From Paramecium tetraurelia (Eukaryota): a DNA stretch of 64,000 nucleotides. Under the pieces are notes generated by a model. The model ran no database searches. It saw nothing but the letters and a program-made list of their open reading frames with translations, and was not told the origin of the DNA. The stretch is taken from contig CT868219.1 of the NCBI GenBank assembly GCA_000165425.1, positions 190,728 to 254,727 of the forward strand, given 5' to 3'. The translations under genes and the position numbers were made by a program. This document shows positions 14,834 through 28,183 of the stretch, piece after piece. The stretch's first letter is position 1. Each line of letters opens with the position of its first letter.

Positions 14834-17684
14834 CAATTAAAATTATTCATAAATTTATCCAAAAAGTTACAATGTATTGAAAAGGATTGGCAAAACTTTT
14901 GAAGATCTTATAAAAAATGATATTGATCCTTCAGTATTTGAAGATCTCAATGAAGATATGATGATGGAAATTGCTTTAGCTCTCCCTTATGAAATTGATG
15001 GAATTGATCCTTAGTTTTTGGCCTCTCTTCCTTCAGAAATTAGAAATGAAATAATTCAGTAATATTCTGCTCCTAGAAACTAGACACCACAATAATAATT
15101 TACAGAAGTAGATTTATCATAAGATTTATAAATAAATAACAATTCTTAGAGGATTCCATCGCAACAACCTCGAAGTTAGTAAATTATTCCTCCAATAAAT
15201 GTTCCTCAATAGAATCCAAATAACTTATAACATAAAATTAATTCTCGATTATTTTAAACTTAAAGACATATCATTTCAAAATTAGGAACTGTAGAAGATG
15301 AATTTACAGAATCATTATTGAGTTTACTTTACGTGGAATCTCATAGTTTCATTAATTTTCCTATTAATCTATTTATTTCGTTATGCAATAATTAAAATGT
15401 AGAGCATAAATTAATTGATACATTGTTTTTAATTTTAAAAACAAAAAAATTGCAAGATCAAGAAAGGTTGTTCCCACCATGCTATTTGGTAAAAAGAAAT
15501 GGACTTGTTAGAGATTTCAGCAAAATATAGAGTGTTGTTTCATTAAAAGTGTTGTATATGTTTTCAAAATTAAAAGGATTTTCAGTCAACTACTTTTTTG
15601 AAAACAAAAAATAACATATAAGTTCATCTGAAGATGTCTTAAGCTTTCCCTTATTAGAATTGATTTAACTTCTACCTGAATTTTAAGGGAATCATTAGGA
15701 AATGCTCATTTAAGCAATTACAAACATAAGCACAAAACAAAAGGATTTTAAATAGGACAAAGTCAAATTAGACTAAAAGTCTGTTGATTGCATCTGTAAA
15801 ACGCTATTATCAAATATGGGTGGAATTGTTAAGAATTTTTCTAACATCATTATAAGTCTATGCAACAACCAAGAAAATCAATTGTTAATAGTTTAATATA
15901 TAAAAGAGTATATAGAGAAAACTATTAGAGAAATAAATGAGTAGTTTAAAAGACAATAATAATATGATGAGATATTTAATGGAGATAAGGCTCTCATAAA
16001 TGTATTTTAGTTTGTTAAGGAAATTAATGCAAAAGGAAATGAAGGTAATAATCAATAGGATGTAAGATTAAATTTTTAAGAATTATTGGATAATAAAGAA
16101 CTGATAGAATTATGGAAAAATATGATAACATTCTTATAATAAATACCCTAATAACAGATAATCAAATTGACACCAAAAATATCTCCATACTTGGAATGCT
16201 TTTTTATTATTTATCAAATAGTGAACCCAATAAAAAAAATTAGATTGAATCAAAAAGAGTCTAAGAAAATAGCTATGATGGAAGAATAATATGAGGAGAT
16301 AAAAGAGCAGGAAATACATGATGAATTATTTTAAAAAATTTGTGAAAGTGGAAAAGCACTGTTAAATATTATGCTAAAGGAAAGATTTTAAGAATATAAA
16401 GAGAAGGGAAAAATAACAAATGATAGTTTAGGAATCATCATATAAAAGAATCCTAGAATAGTTGATTTTGAGAATAAGCAAAAGTACTTTAAAATAGAAT
16501 TAAAATAATTGAAATTACAGAATAATAAGCATCATTATGCAAATATTGCTGTAAGATGCAGAAGAAAAGATATCTTTATGGATTCCTATCATCGTTTTAG
16601 TAAATTAAAACCAGAGGATTTAAAAGGAAAATTAGTTATAGAGTTTGATGGAGAGGAAGGGGTAGATTAAGGAGGAGTTACAAGAGAATGGTTTTTGATG
16701 CTGTCTAAAGAGATATTTAATCCTAATTATGCTTTATTTACTCCATCTTTAAATGGACAGATGTTTTAACCTAGTAATAAATCTCATGTTAATCCTGATC
16801 ATGTTAAGTACTTTAAATTTATTGGGAGAATAGTTGGAAAAGCACTTTATGATGGATAATTATTGGATACCTATTTTACTCGTTCATTTTATAAGCATAT
16901 TCTAGGTTAGAAGTTAACTATCCATGATATGGAAGATATTGATTTGAATGAGTATAAATCTATGAAGAAGATTTTAGAGGAAAATGTGAATGATTGGGGA
17001 ATCTATTGGACATATTCAGTTGATAATTTTGGTAAATGGGAAGAGAGAGAACTTGTTGAGGGTGGTAGATAAAAATAAGTGACTGAAGATAATAAATTTG
17101 AGTATGTCCAAACCTATTGTTATTAAAAAATGGCAAAGGAGATTAAAGACTAAATAGAAGCATTTTTGAATGGTTTTCATGAATTGATTCCTCAAAATTT
17201 GATTAGCATATTTGAATGGAAAGAAATGGAACTTATGTTGTGTGGTTTACCTGATATTGATCGTACATTATATATTTAATATTTAAGTTGAGGATATGAA
17301 AGAGAACGTAGAATATCATGGATATGATAGAGAAGATAAAGTTATAGAATGGCTTTGGGAATTGTTGGAGAGTTTTGATGAGAGTAAGAGAGCAGCCTTC
17401 TTATAATTTATAACAGGTATTATATTTTTACTATTTGAAGGAACTTCCAAAGTACCTCTTGGAGGATTTAAGGATTTGAAAGGTATAAATGGTTTATAGA
17501 AGATATAAATTCATAAAAAACATTACAAAAATTTTGAATTGCCAACATCACATACATGGTAAGTTTTGATAATTTATATAGTTTTAATTAATTGGATTTA
17601 CCATGTTATCCAACCAGACAAATTTTAAAGGATAAATTAGAACTAGCAATCTTAGAAGGAAAAGAAGGTTTTGGCTTTGCTTGA
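7858..17684 (+). CDS. Giant HECT E3 ubiquitin ligase, HUWE1/Tom1/UPL1 family
   Basis: Long helical N-terminus; UBA-like [15 protein letters not shown] (~11325); acidic tract (~13570-13900); UBM-like [19 protein letters not shown] (~15000); HECT domain [17 protein letters not shown]...[16 protein letters not shown]...LPTSHTCFNQLDLP...EGFGFA-TGA. Confidence 0.93.
14775..14831 (+). repeat. TAA TAG (TAA)17 microsatellite encoding a 19-residue poly-Gln tract in the HECT ligase
   Basis: In frame with flanking EKVEQHSS and NNQNYS. Confidence 0.85.
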
Positions 17685-17872
17685 TATTTTTAATATAAAT
17701 ATAATAACTTATTTTTAATTTACAAAAAATAGTGTTACTTCTTTTATAGTAAACTATTCTAGATGAATAACTATGAGAGATGTAAAAACTAACTCCAATA
17801 AAATGTAAGATAAGTTTATAATGAACAAAATTAATAAAAATTGGTATTATTGTTTTGAATAAAATTGTTATT

Positions 17873-18923
17873 TCATCCAGCCTGAGGATGTTGATTTCTA
17901 GCACCCTTATTTTGATATACTCCAGTAAACTCTTGTTTTCTTGCAGGTAGAGCCCTAACAGGTTGTTATTAAGGTGGAACTCTACTTTGTATTCCAGGTT
18001 GTTGAACGGCTGATCTGGTTATTTATTATTACTATTATGGTAGAGCCAATCGACCTGGGTTGTTATTATAACTATTACTATTATTTCCCAACATAATTGG
18101 TTAGATATCATCTAATTTTATTCTATTAATATAAATTACTGTTTCTTGGGTAACTGGGAGTGCCATAAGCAATTTGTTCTTTTGGAAAAGGATGATTGTT
18201 AAGATCTCTCATATTTTACTATCCCTACAAGGCTCTGAGTCCTCCTTATGGTCCTTAGATTCCTAAATTTCTACCCATTCCTAGCCATTCATTTTCAAAT
18301 TATTCAACTTAATTTTCATCCATATTCATATAATGGTTTGTAGTAGTTACTTAACCTGTTCTATCTCTTTCTCTCACATGCTTTCTGCCTTTATCATTCA
18401 TCATTCTTTCATGTCCAAATCTATCTATTCCATCACTATTCTTATATCCTTGTTATCTTTCACTTATCTAATTCAAATGATATCAAATTACAGTATGACC
18501 ATTAACACCTCTAGCCACTGCATTGTTATCAAAATATTTTTCTTATACTACTCGTCCATCTGGTCCCATTTTTTATGATTAAACATAACTAGATGAGTAT
18601 ACCTAAAATACTCCATCCTTTGAATGTTAGTTAACATCTCTTTAGTTCAAACCTGCCATATGTCGATGAATATTCGAGAATTCCATCATTTCATTTTCTA
18701 TGTCATCAAAGCCTTTAAAAACAGATCCAAATCCTAGGTTGGCTAATTAACGATCCATATGTTGCATCATCTTGTTCGACATCGAATCAAACTCTTAAAA
18801 CATATTAAAAGGAGCCAATTACTAATTGTTCTAGCGAGACTTTATTTATAAATGACAGAATACATAATTTTAGATCTGATTTGATCGAGGTGGTTGACTA
18901 CTTCCTCTATATGGTTGTAACAT
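17873..18923 (-). CDS. Myeloid leukemia factor (MLF) family protein
   Basis: Met/Phe/Gly-rich N-terminus, then YSSSYVQSQKMGPDGRVVQEKY...ISERQQGYKNSDGIDRFGHERMMNDKGRKHVRERDRTGQ...NHYMNMDENQVEQFENEW, matching the MLF core; Q/P/R-rich tail. Confidence 0.8.
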
Positions 18924-19737
18924 ATTTCGTTAAACAAGTATAAAAAAATATTATAATAAAAAGATTTCTAGAAATAACTTTATTTATGAACCGAAACCCA
19001 TTCCTATTCAAAATTTATTATATTCTCTTAAGAAAAAGGATCTCTTTAATTTATCATTAAAATTGTTGTTTGAAAAACAAACCTTTACTATTAATTAGAA
19101 ATAGGAATTAAAAAAGATTATTTTCTGTTAAAGGAATATTTATTAATCAATTCAGATTATATTGATGTTGCTTATAATATATCATAAGTAGAATATATCA
19201 TATGCTTCTATAAATTTTAGAGTTGAAAATTAATAATAGCTAATGAAACTTAGAACTATTCTTAGAAAACAATAACAGACGATGAACCTCTTCATATTAT
19301 ACTTATTTGTTAAATATATCAAAAAGAATACAAATAGATGTATTTGGCTCAATGAACTCTGTTACTTATTAATCAAATCGTATTTATAAATCACTAGTTA
19401 AGTTGTTCTGTAATAATTCTAGTAAATCATAATTGATTTACGTTAATAAAAAGAAAAAGAAAAAAAGATAATTAAGTATGTGAAATAGTTTTGATCCACA
19501 TACTCCATTCTTTCTATTTGACTATAAAATTTCATCGTTTTGTGTATTCCGTTTAGATTCTATGATAAAATAAGATTATAATTGATTTTACATTAAAACA
19601 ATTATGATTTATAAGTAGATCGTTTGTTAATTCTTTAATTCTAATAAGCTCTAATTTGTAATTGAAATTTAAAATAATTTTAGTTGCTTTGTGTTTTTTG
19701 CCTATTCAACCTACTGATTATTTTTTATTTTAGACAC

Positions 19738-20707
19738 TTGTGTTAAAAAGTGTTTATATTTCCATTATTGATCAGGCAAAGGAAATTTTGGTTGAAGAAC
19801 CAAACATCGTTTCAGTGAGAGCACCATTAACCATATGTGGAGATGTGCATGGTTAATTTCATGATTTAATCAAGTTGTTTCACATTGGAGGTAGATTGCC
19901 AGTAATTTAATTATATTATTTTAGGACACAAATTATCTCTTTCTAGGTGATTATGTTGATTGAGGATCTCAAAGTGTTGAAACTTTTAGTCTCATTCTTT
20001 GTCTTAAGGTTCGATATAAAGACAGATTGACAGTTTTGAGGGGTATACATGTTTAATTATAAGAAAGGCAATCATGAAATAGAGAAATCAACAAAATATA
20101 TGGGTTTTTATGATGAATGCTAACGTAAGTATGGTACTGAAATTGTATGGAAACATATTACTGATGTGTTTGGATATCTTCCCTTGGCAGCAATTGTTGA
20201 AAACAGCGTTAGTTATTCAATATTATACTTAGTTGTTTTGCACTCATGGTGGACTTTCTCCTGCAATTGAATCGGTCGAACAAATTAAATAATTAAATAG
20301 AGTTTAGGATATTCCTCATGAAGGAGCCATCTGTGATTTATTATGGAGTGATCCTGAAGAAACAAAGATGGGATGGGGGGTTTCGCCAAGGGGAGCAGGA
20401 TGGACTTGGGGTCAAGATATAACGGACAAATTTCTGCATTAAAATAAACTAAAAATGGTTGTTGGTGCTCATCAATTGGTGATGGAGGGATTTTAACATG
20501 TGCATCAAAGAAAGACTGTCACTATATTTTCAGCTCCCAACTATTGCTATCGATGCGGCAACTAAGCTTGAATTTTAGAAGTTGATGATCAACTCAAAAT
20601 GAGCTTGTAAATATATGAGAATATAATTGTATAGTTCCAAATATGAACCTGCTCCAAGGGAAAATGAACCTTAAACTACACGAAGAGTACCAGAGTACTT
20701 TTTATGA
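19738..20707 (+). pseudogene. PP2A-family Ser/Thr phosphatase catalytic subunit pseudogene
   Basis: GDVHGQ, GDYVD*G (TGA 19961-19963 replacing Arg), LRGNHE, HGGLSP, DLLWSDP, SPRGAG, SAPNYCYRCGN, C-terminal TRRVPEYFL; second in-frame TGA 20569-20571; RAHQ changed to GAHQ; no intact N-terminus or ATG found. Confidence 0.85.
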
Positions 20708-22139
20708 TATAAGAATTAAAATATATTAATTCGATATTTCACTTATATTTGGTGATCAACTACCTTTTTCTCTTGAAAATATTGCTATTATCATTGTTTG
20801 ACTCATTCTTAATAACTTAATTGTAGAATTTCTATTTTTAATGTTTGAAATGAAATTACTGTTTAAGTGGTGAAAATCCAAAAAATATTTTACAATTATT
20901 TAGAAATCTCATTGCTTTCTATGCCTTTTTTTGGCTAATTAATTTACAAGCTGTAGAGAACAAACTTTTATTTAAAATGGTGAGGAGAATTTCCTATTAA
21001 AAAAAAATAAGTGAAATAATGTTCAAAGAATAATTTTTTTGAATTATAATATATTTGCAATTAAAATAAAATTTACATTTTAATTATTTTTAAAATAATA
21101 TATAAATACAAAAAATTATTCTTTTGATTATGGTAAATTAGTAAATTATAATTAAATTATAATTTTATATTTAAAATTCTATTTATGACTTTGCCACTTT
21201 TCCAAACTTTTTGAATTAGATTGTCTAAGAAATTTCAGGAGTATTCTCAACCTTCTTCTAACCAAATAATTTATTTATTATTTTATGATATAAAGACAGG
21301 CTCTCTTTTATAAACATTCATAATTATTTATGGAATTCCATAACAATTACTTTGGATAATTGTCTATAATTATAGAATTTGTTAAAAATAACATATAAGC
21401 CTTTAACAAAGTTTGACTGAATGTTAAAATGACTCTTTGATTTAAGTGTAATTTTTTTATATATTTATCACTCTAAGAATTTTAATTTATTTCAAAAATA
21501 AATATTAAAAATTATATTAATTTAATTAAAATTAGTATTATTTTTTAATTATTGCTTTCAAATTTTGATTAATAAAGATGATAGAACTACAGCTACTCGT
21601 ATTTTGGTAGAGCCATATAAAAAATCCTAAATGCTCTAATTTAAATAAAGGATTTTGAACAATCTTGTTAATCATTCATATAATAATTTCTTAACTCACA
21701 TTAAATATTTTGTCTTGCATTTTGTCAAAGAAAGATTTTCTCAAATTTCTTTTTAACTAATATAAATAATGATTAATTATAATAAACTCAAAAGGGAATT
21801 CTTTATGAAAGGGGATATCTTTTATAGAAAGTCAAATAAAGAAATATTAGTCTATGCATATGCTGAAAAAAATATAAAAATTAGAATGCTTCCTTTTAAG
21901 AAAGCATTAAACATTAAAATTAAAAGGACTCTTTAATAATACATGCATTAATTGCTTGTTTATTTTATATTAGCCTAAGAAAATAGTGTAATTATAAAAG
22001 TAATAACAATACATAATTAAATAAAAGAGACTTAAGTTTATAAATTTACATTTTAGAATCAAGTAAATATAAAAGCTTTATTTATGAGGTCATACTTTAT
22101 GTTTAGAAGCATTTATAAGCGATATTTATAATACTTAGC

Positions 22140-22608
22140 AATTACATATAAATCTAAAATTCATCTTATTCTTATAATTGGTTAATTTGCTTGGTTTTGG
22201 AATAGATTGTTAATTTTACTTTTTGGTCTTTCTAAATATATACTGCATAATTGTTAAGTTTTTTTGTCGAGTTTAGAGGTGTTCTATTTGAGTTTTCTAT
22301 TGAAGACTTGCTTTTAGCATTGAATTTTCTTGCAAGATGAGGGCGAATAGGAAAAATGCAGAGAATCAGAATCAATTCCATTTATAATTAATTCATTCTG
22401 TTTGGCCATAAGGTTTTCCTTATTTTTTTGAGGAGAGTTAAATTTTGTGTTTGGTTTGGAAAAGTTGACGAATGGAGATTTTTTAGCCACAGGTTAAATG
22501 GACAAATTTTTGAGAGATCTTATTCTAACTGTTTTAAAGTTGTTGAGTGTTTTAATAAACGTTGGAATTTGGCTGTAGTTTCTGACGAGAGTATTTTTGG
22601 AGTTCATA
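22140..22608 (-). CDS. Possible small hypothetical protein
   Basis: ATG AAC TCC AAA at 22608 followed by coding-like composition; reading frame and 3' end uncertain. Confidence 0.25.
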
Positions 22609-22871
22609 ACGTTATTATAAATTAAAAAATTAAGGTATAAATATTAAGTTAATTATATTTAAAGTTAGTGTGCTTGTATGTGATAATGAGAACAGTGTTT
22701 GATATTAAGAAATTATTAGGGCTATATGTCTGTTTTAAGTATTCAAAATGATGATAAATTAAGTATAATAATGAATATATTAATATAAAATAATGATGCG
22801 TAATGTTATTGTATATCATAAATATTAATATTCTAAATTTAATTAGCTGCCTACAGTGATTCCGATTAGTT

Positions 22872-23292
22872 ATGAAGATTATAGAAGAAATAAAAAATCA
22901 AGTGGAGCAGGAAATGAAAAAGATGATTGGGAAATGCATTGAAAAGAGATATGCAAAACTAACAGATAAACTAAAATAGGAGTTCATTATAAAGGTTATG
23001 CAAGGGGGATAAACTATTAGATAGGTACGATATTATTATAATTTAGGCATCAAAAGACTTATGTATAAATTATTCATCTGCAAAAGCAATAATATCAAAT
23101 TATAGAAAATCTATTGGTGGTGGAAAACAGAAATACAATTTGGAACCAAGATAAGTTAAAGTGAATGACAAATATGACTGGAAGAAATTTAAAATTTTGA
23201 CATACTGTGAGGAAACACAAACTAATGAATACACGATGGAAACTTTTGCATAGAACATCAAGAAATCAAATTAAGACAAAGTATTAATATGA
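22872..23292 (+). CDS. Small helix-turn-helix (homeodomain-like) DNA-binding protein
   Basis: KRYAKLTDKLKQEFIIKVMQGGQTIRQ|ASKDLCINYSSAKAIISNYRK with one 22-nt intron; typical ciliate HTH pattern. Confidence 0.7.
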
Positions 23293-23806
23293 AATTTGGA
23301 GTACGAGATATGATTTTTAAAATACTTAAATTGTTTATGATAATAACTTAATAAATGTAGTTGTTTGATGTAATTTGTTGGATAAAGCCTTAGTTAAGGT
23401 AACAAGTAAAAATGATAACAATTTATAAACTCCATTATTATTGGAGTGGGTTTTATCGTTCTATCTAGTTTTAACAATTTATGATATTTATTTATAATTG
23501 TGAGTAATCCCAAAATTTAAGATTTATTCTAAGAATTCCATTTATATTTAAATACTATTTAAACAACTTTTAAATATTATTTTGGTTAGCCCAAAGTCTG
23601 CATTTGACTAACTGTTATTAAGAGTATTTAAGCAGATAGAACAGAAACGATAGTCTCAAACCATGATTGCATATATAATAAAGAAAAAGGGATGTGATAA
23701 AATACGAATTTAGAAATAGGTAGGAATATTGGATACAGAGGAAATGATTGTTCATAAAGATAATCATCAACCTGATATATGATTTATATATGTTATAAAC
23801 AAGCAA

Positions 23807-26800
23807 TCATTTATTCAGCTATTATTGCTACTTCTATTTCATCCATTCGTCATATTATTCTTTGGCTTCCTTAATGTTCTTAGTCATTTATTCTTGTTCT
23901 TATTATGTTAATTATGAAAATAGTCCAGTGTACAATTGAGGATTGCTTTATTGTAAAGTCAATATCAATTTCTCCATCAATAAAATAGCATCATAATCTT
24001 CCAAAGGACTATCATATAATTCAGCATAGTCATCCTCCTCATCATCATAATCATCATCTTCATCATCTTCTTCATCCTATTCCAAATCTTAGATCTTATC
24101 TGCTAATTTCTTTTAATCATCCTCTTCCTCTTCTGCTTAATCTTCTTATTCGCAGGATTCTTCCTCCTCTCTCAATTCTAAAATCTTAGTAGACAATCTC
24201 ACAAACAACTTTCCTATTTCTGAAGATGCTGTCAACAAATAATTAGGAATTTAAGGAAGTGAATATAATTGACAGAGAGCAAAGATTAATCTACTGATAT
24301 CCCATTCATATTTATAGTGTTTTTCCATTGACAACAAGGTTTACAATATTTAATCAGTTATTGCCTTACTGTTCAAGTAGTTTTGAACAAGTTGTGGATT
24401 GTACCATATGCACATATTGAGGACTCCAATATTAACCATCTTGAATTTGTTAGTCTTCTTCTCTTTCTAAAAATATAATTTAAAAATATAAATACTGATA
24501 AATTTAATAATGTGAAGTCTACAATTTGTGGAATTAAATTATCTATTTATCCTGGGAAGTTCTCAATTAAGGCAATCAATATAGTAGTAACTTGATTTTG
24601 GTCTGTTTCATCTGAACCATTCTCAGCAATTGTATAGATCTTCTGGATAAATCTGAAAATCAAAGAAATAAATGAGTTTCCAAAGAAATCATTTTAAGTC
24701 AAGAAAGTGCTTCCTCCTTTTTGGATGTAATTTCTAAATGATCCCAACATTTGAGTAACAAATTCACTACCCCAATCCTTCTTGCATCCTTCCAATAAAA
24801 TATATTGTTCTTCTGTCAATCCTTAAAGAGCATATACATTAGTTTCTTATGGTAATCCAATGATAATATAACATAACACTGGATAATAGAACCATAATCC
24901 TGGGGTTAATTGTTTTTTCTTGTAGAGCATTAAGTTTAATATTTCCAATGCTTCATTGATGAAATCACATCCTGACTCTGTCAAAGCAAAGTTGATAATT
25001 GGAAATATGACTGGTTCTAATTGCACATAGGATTCCTATTGAAGTGGAGCATTTAAGATTCTCTTTATTGCTTCAAGACATCCAGAAGCAGCCAACTCAG
25101 CTTCACCGTCATCATCTGAATCACCATCACCTTAATTCTATTTATTGCAATATTTCTAAAATATTGTAGCAATATGTGCAGCCAATTAATGTGCATATGG
25201 TGTAATTTCATTAGTAAAGTTTTTGACTATTTCTTCCAATGATCTGACTATTCTTTCATTGTCAATTAAATCCATCAATTTGATGTAGATTTCCAACACT
25301 TAACTCAATTATGGTCTAATCAAATCCTAAGCTTCTTTGTGTTGTAATATTGAACTGAAGGTAACATTGCTGCAGCTATACTCTCACTGGTAATTCTTTA
25401 TCCAAAATGCATTTAGATATTCCTTGTACTGCTAATTGAATATTCTATTTATTTTTGAATTCAATTGTTCCATATTCATTAAAAACATGACAAGCACGTG
25501 CTCTTAAAAATCCAACTGGATTCTAAAACTCAGGCAAAATATGTTTCTCTAAAATTTATTCCAATCCTTCCTTTATTACATCAATTTTTTAAATTTAATG
25601 AACTAAACATTCAATTCCCCAGAGTAAAGCCTCTTTTTTGAGTAAATTCAATGGTTGATTAGTCAATGGATCCAAATTAGAATTGAAAGCATTTTGACAA
25701 TAAGTAAGGAATTATATAAGCATCAAATTACCATTTGCATCAGTTTATTGACAAATTTCTTATAAAAGATCATTTGCTGGATTTTTCATATTGTATGTTG
25801 AAAGAGAGAAATCATCCAATCTCTTGATGTATTCTTCAGGATCATTCTTCCATAATTCATCATCTCTTGGAGTCAATTACATTTTGGGAATGGCAACATG
25901 ATAAATCAATTTATCATAATGAGCTTTTAATAACTCTTTGGTATTGTCTAATTTGAGAGAGTAATATAAATATTTGAGTGCAAACAAACATGTTCGAGGT
26001 CCTTGGAATTGGGTATTGTCAGTAAGAATTTTATAAAACAGCTCCATAAATCCAATTGCATAGGTGCTCTTAATATGTTCTGCAAAATCAGCCATATCAG
26101 GAATCAACCATCTTTTTGTTTGCGAATTTCTGGATGAATCTTAATACAATTCTACTAGCCCATTTTTTATTGGTCCAGATGTATGTCTTCTCTCTTCTGG
26201 TTTCCTCTTCGGAATCCTAAGTAAAGGAAGCCAATTCTGGAGGTGTTGGTGCAGAGATGATAGTCTTGAAAAAGAGCATCCATTTTGCAACAGCATTAAA
26301 GTCTCTCATGTAGATTGGCATCAATAAATGAGTGGCATGGTGGAAGATCTTCAATATGACTTTAACCAATTATCCACTTTATTCGTTATAGTTCTCAAGG
26401 AATTTTTGAATCAAGGCCTCCAAAAGTGGGAAGGTTGATGCCACCAATGGTTCCAAAGGTTTACGATCATTGTCCAATAAAAATTAGTGAACCTCACATG
26501 TTCTACGTAAGGTCAATAGAGCACTCCATAAATCTTCATATGATGTGTAGTTTTATAATTTGATAACCAATTATTAGACTAGTTATGGCCAATCCTTAGG
26601 AAAGTCGATGGCTACTAATTTGTAAATCAAGTCTTCATATTGTGACCTTAACTTCTTAACTTAAATGCATCTATATACAATTGTAATTTATGACTAACCT
26701 TGCTAAAGCATCTATTATTGTTGCCCTGATCAGAGCCTTTTCCTCTGGATTCACGACATAATGACCTGGCTCTTTCTTTTCTCCCCAATGCTTCTCCAAA

Positions 26801-27029
26801 AATGTCTTCAAATTCACTACGGCACTTTGTCTAACCAAATCTTGTTGAGTCTAGTCATCTACTATCTTAAGTAAAGAAATTGCATATCTAATTATCTAGA
26901 GGATATTTATTACAATGGTTGCATGGAAGCCTACTTTAATAATGCTTCTCCACTGTTCACACTTTCTTATGAGGCACCATAAGTTAATTATAACGCATTT
27001 ATCAACTATCCTAAGTCTTATGTTTGCAT
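23807..27029 (-). CDS. Importin-7/8 (Nmd5/Sxm1-like importin-beta family); two apparent +1 frame breaks
   Basis: IBN_N motif VRQSAVVNLKTFLEKHW, IDFPKDWPQL, DAELWKNDPEEYIKR, FLRARAC, acidic C-terminal region; frame breaks near 26102 and 25370. Confidence 0.88.
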
Positions 27030-28183
27030 TCACGAACTAAATTTTAAAAATTTATTTTTTTAAATATTTTTAAACCAATCTGCGCTAAAATTACTTAATT
27101 ATTTCATGTTTTTGAGAATCAGGGTTTTAGAATCATCAAGCCCTTATCCCAATCTAAGGACAAGCCAAAGGCACTTCATTTTTTATTAAAGATACTTGAC
27201 TATTAGAAAGAATATTAAATAAAGATGAAGAAAAATTGATTGCTTTAGTCAAATGATTCATAATACTCTTCTCATACTCATTTAATGGATACTATTTGTT
27301 TATTCCTTATTCTAATATTATAAAAGAGTATCAAAAGCATTTTAGTTATTCTTTACTATTTTCAATTATATTAATATCAATTATTATTGTCTAAATATAA
27401 TTTGCGAATAAGATGATATATATTCAATCAGAGTTATCTATCATGTCATTTAGGGTTTAATATATAAACTTAAATTGATCAAATAGAGAAATTCATCCTA
27501 TTTATTTACAGTATTCGAATGCAATAATTATAAAATATTTTATATTGGAATAAATGTAATTGTTTTAATCTAGATATACATCTCTTCTAGCATTCAACAT
27601 AAAACTCTAAAATATATTTAAAATTGTCACTTCATAATGACAATTCAGAAATTGTCATCCATTATGATAACCTTTGTTTCTGAGCAATTGAGATTAGAGT
27701 TCCTAATAATTCCAAACATTTTTTAATTAAATTATTTGAAAGTATGCCATTTCAATTCTATAATTATTATTTGATTCAGTATATCTATTAGCAAAATTTT
27801 GACAATTGTACTTTTCAGGTAGTCTATATTAAAAAGTTTGTTATAAAAATAATAAAGGACAAAAAAATTTGGGATTTAGAAATTGTCTTTAATCAACTGA
27901 AAAGTTTTATTGCTAAAAATTATACATTTTTATTACGTTAATGCAAAAATTAAAAAGATTCTTCATTTCTCTTTTATTAAATCTATAAATCAATAATAAT
28001 TCAAATTAGATTTGATAGATATCCTATAATATCTTTACGATTTTGATTTGATAATAGTGTCTGAAATGAAGGAGAGGAATAAACATGAATGTAGAGAAGT
28101 AATGAACTTACTTGAGATGAAAAGCATAAAGAAAAGAGTTGAAGAAATATTATATTGTTATATGAATAAATGAATTAATTATT

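Noticed and set aside
19961..20571. In-frame TGA codons in the phosphatase as selenocysteine or readthrough
   Set aside because: The first replaces an invariant Arg (CGA>TGA); other lesions co-occur; no SECIS recognised
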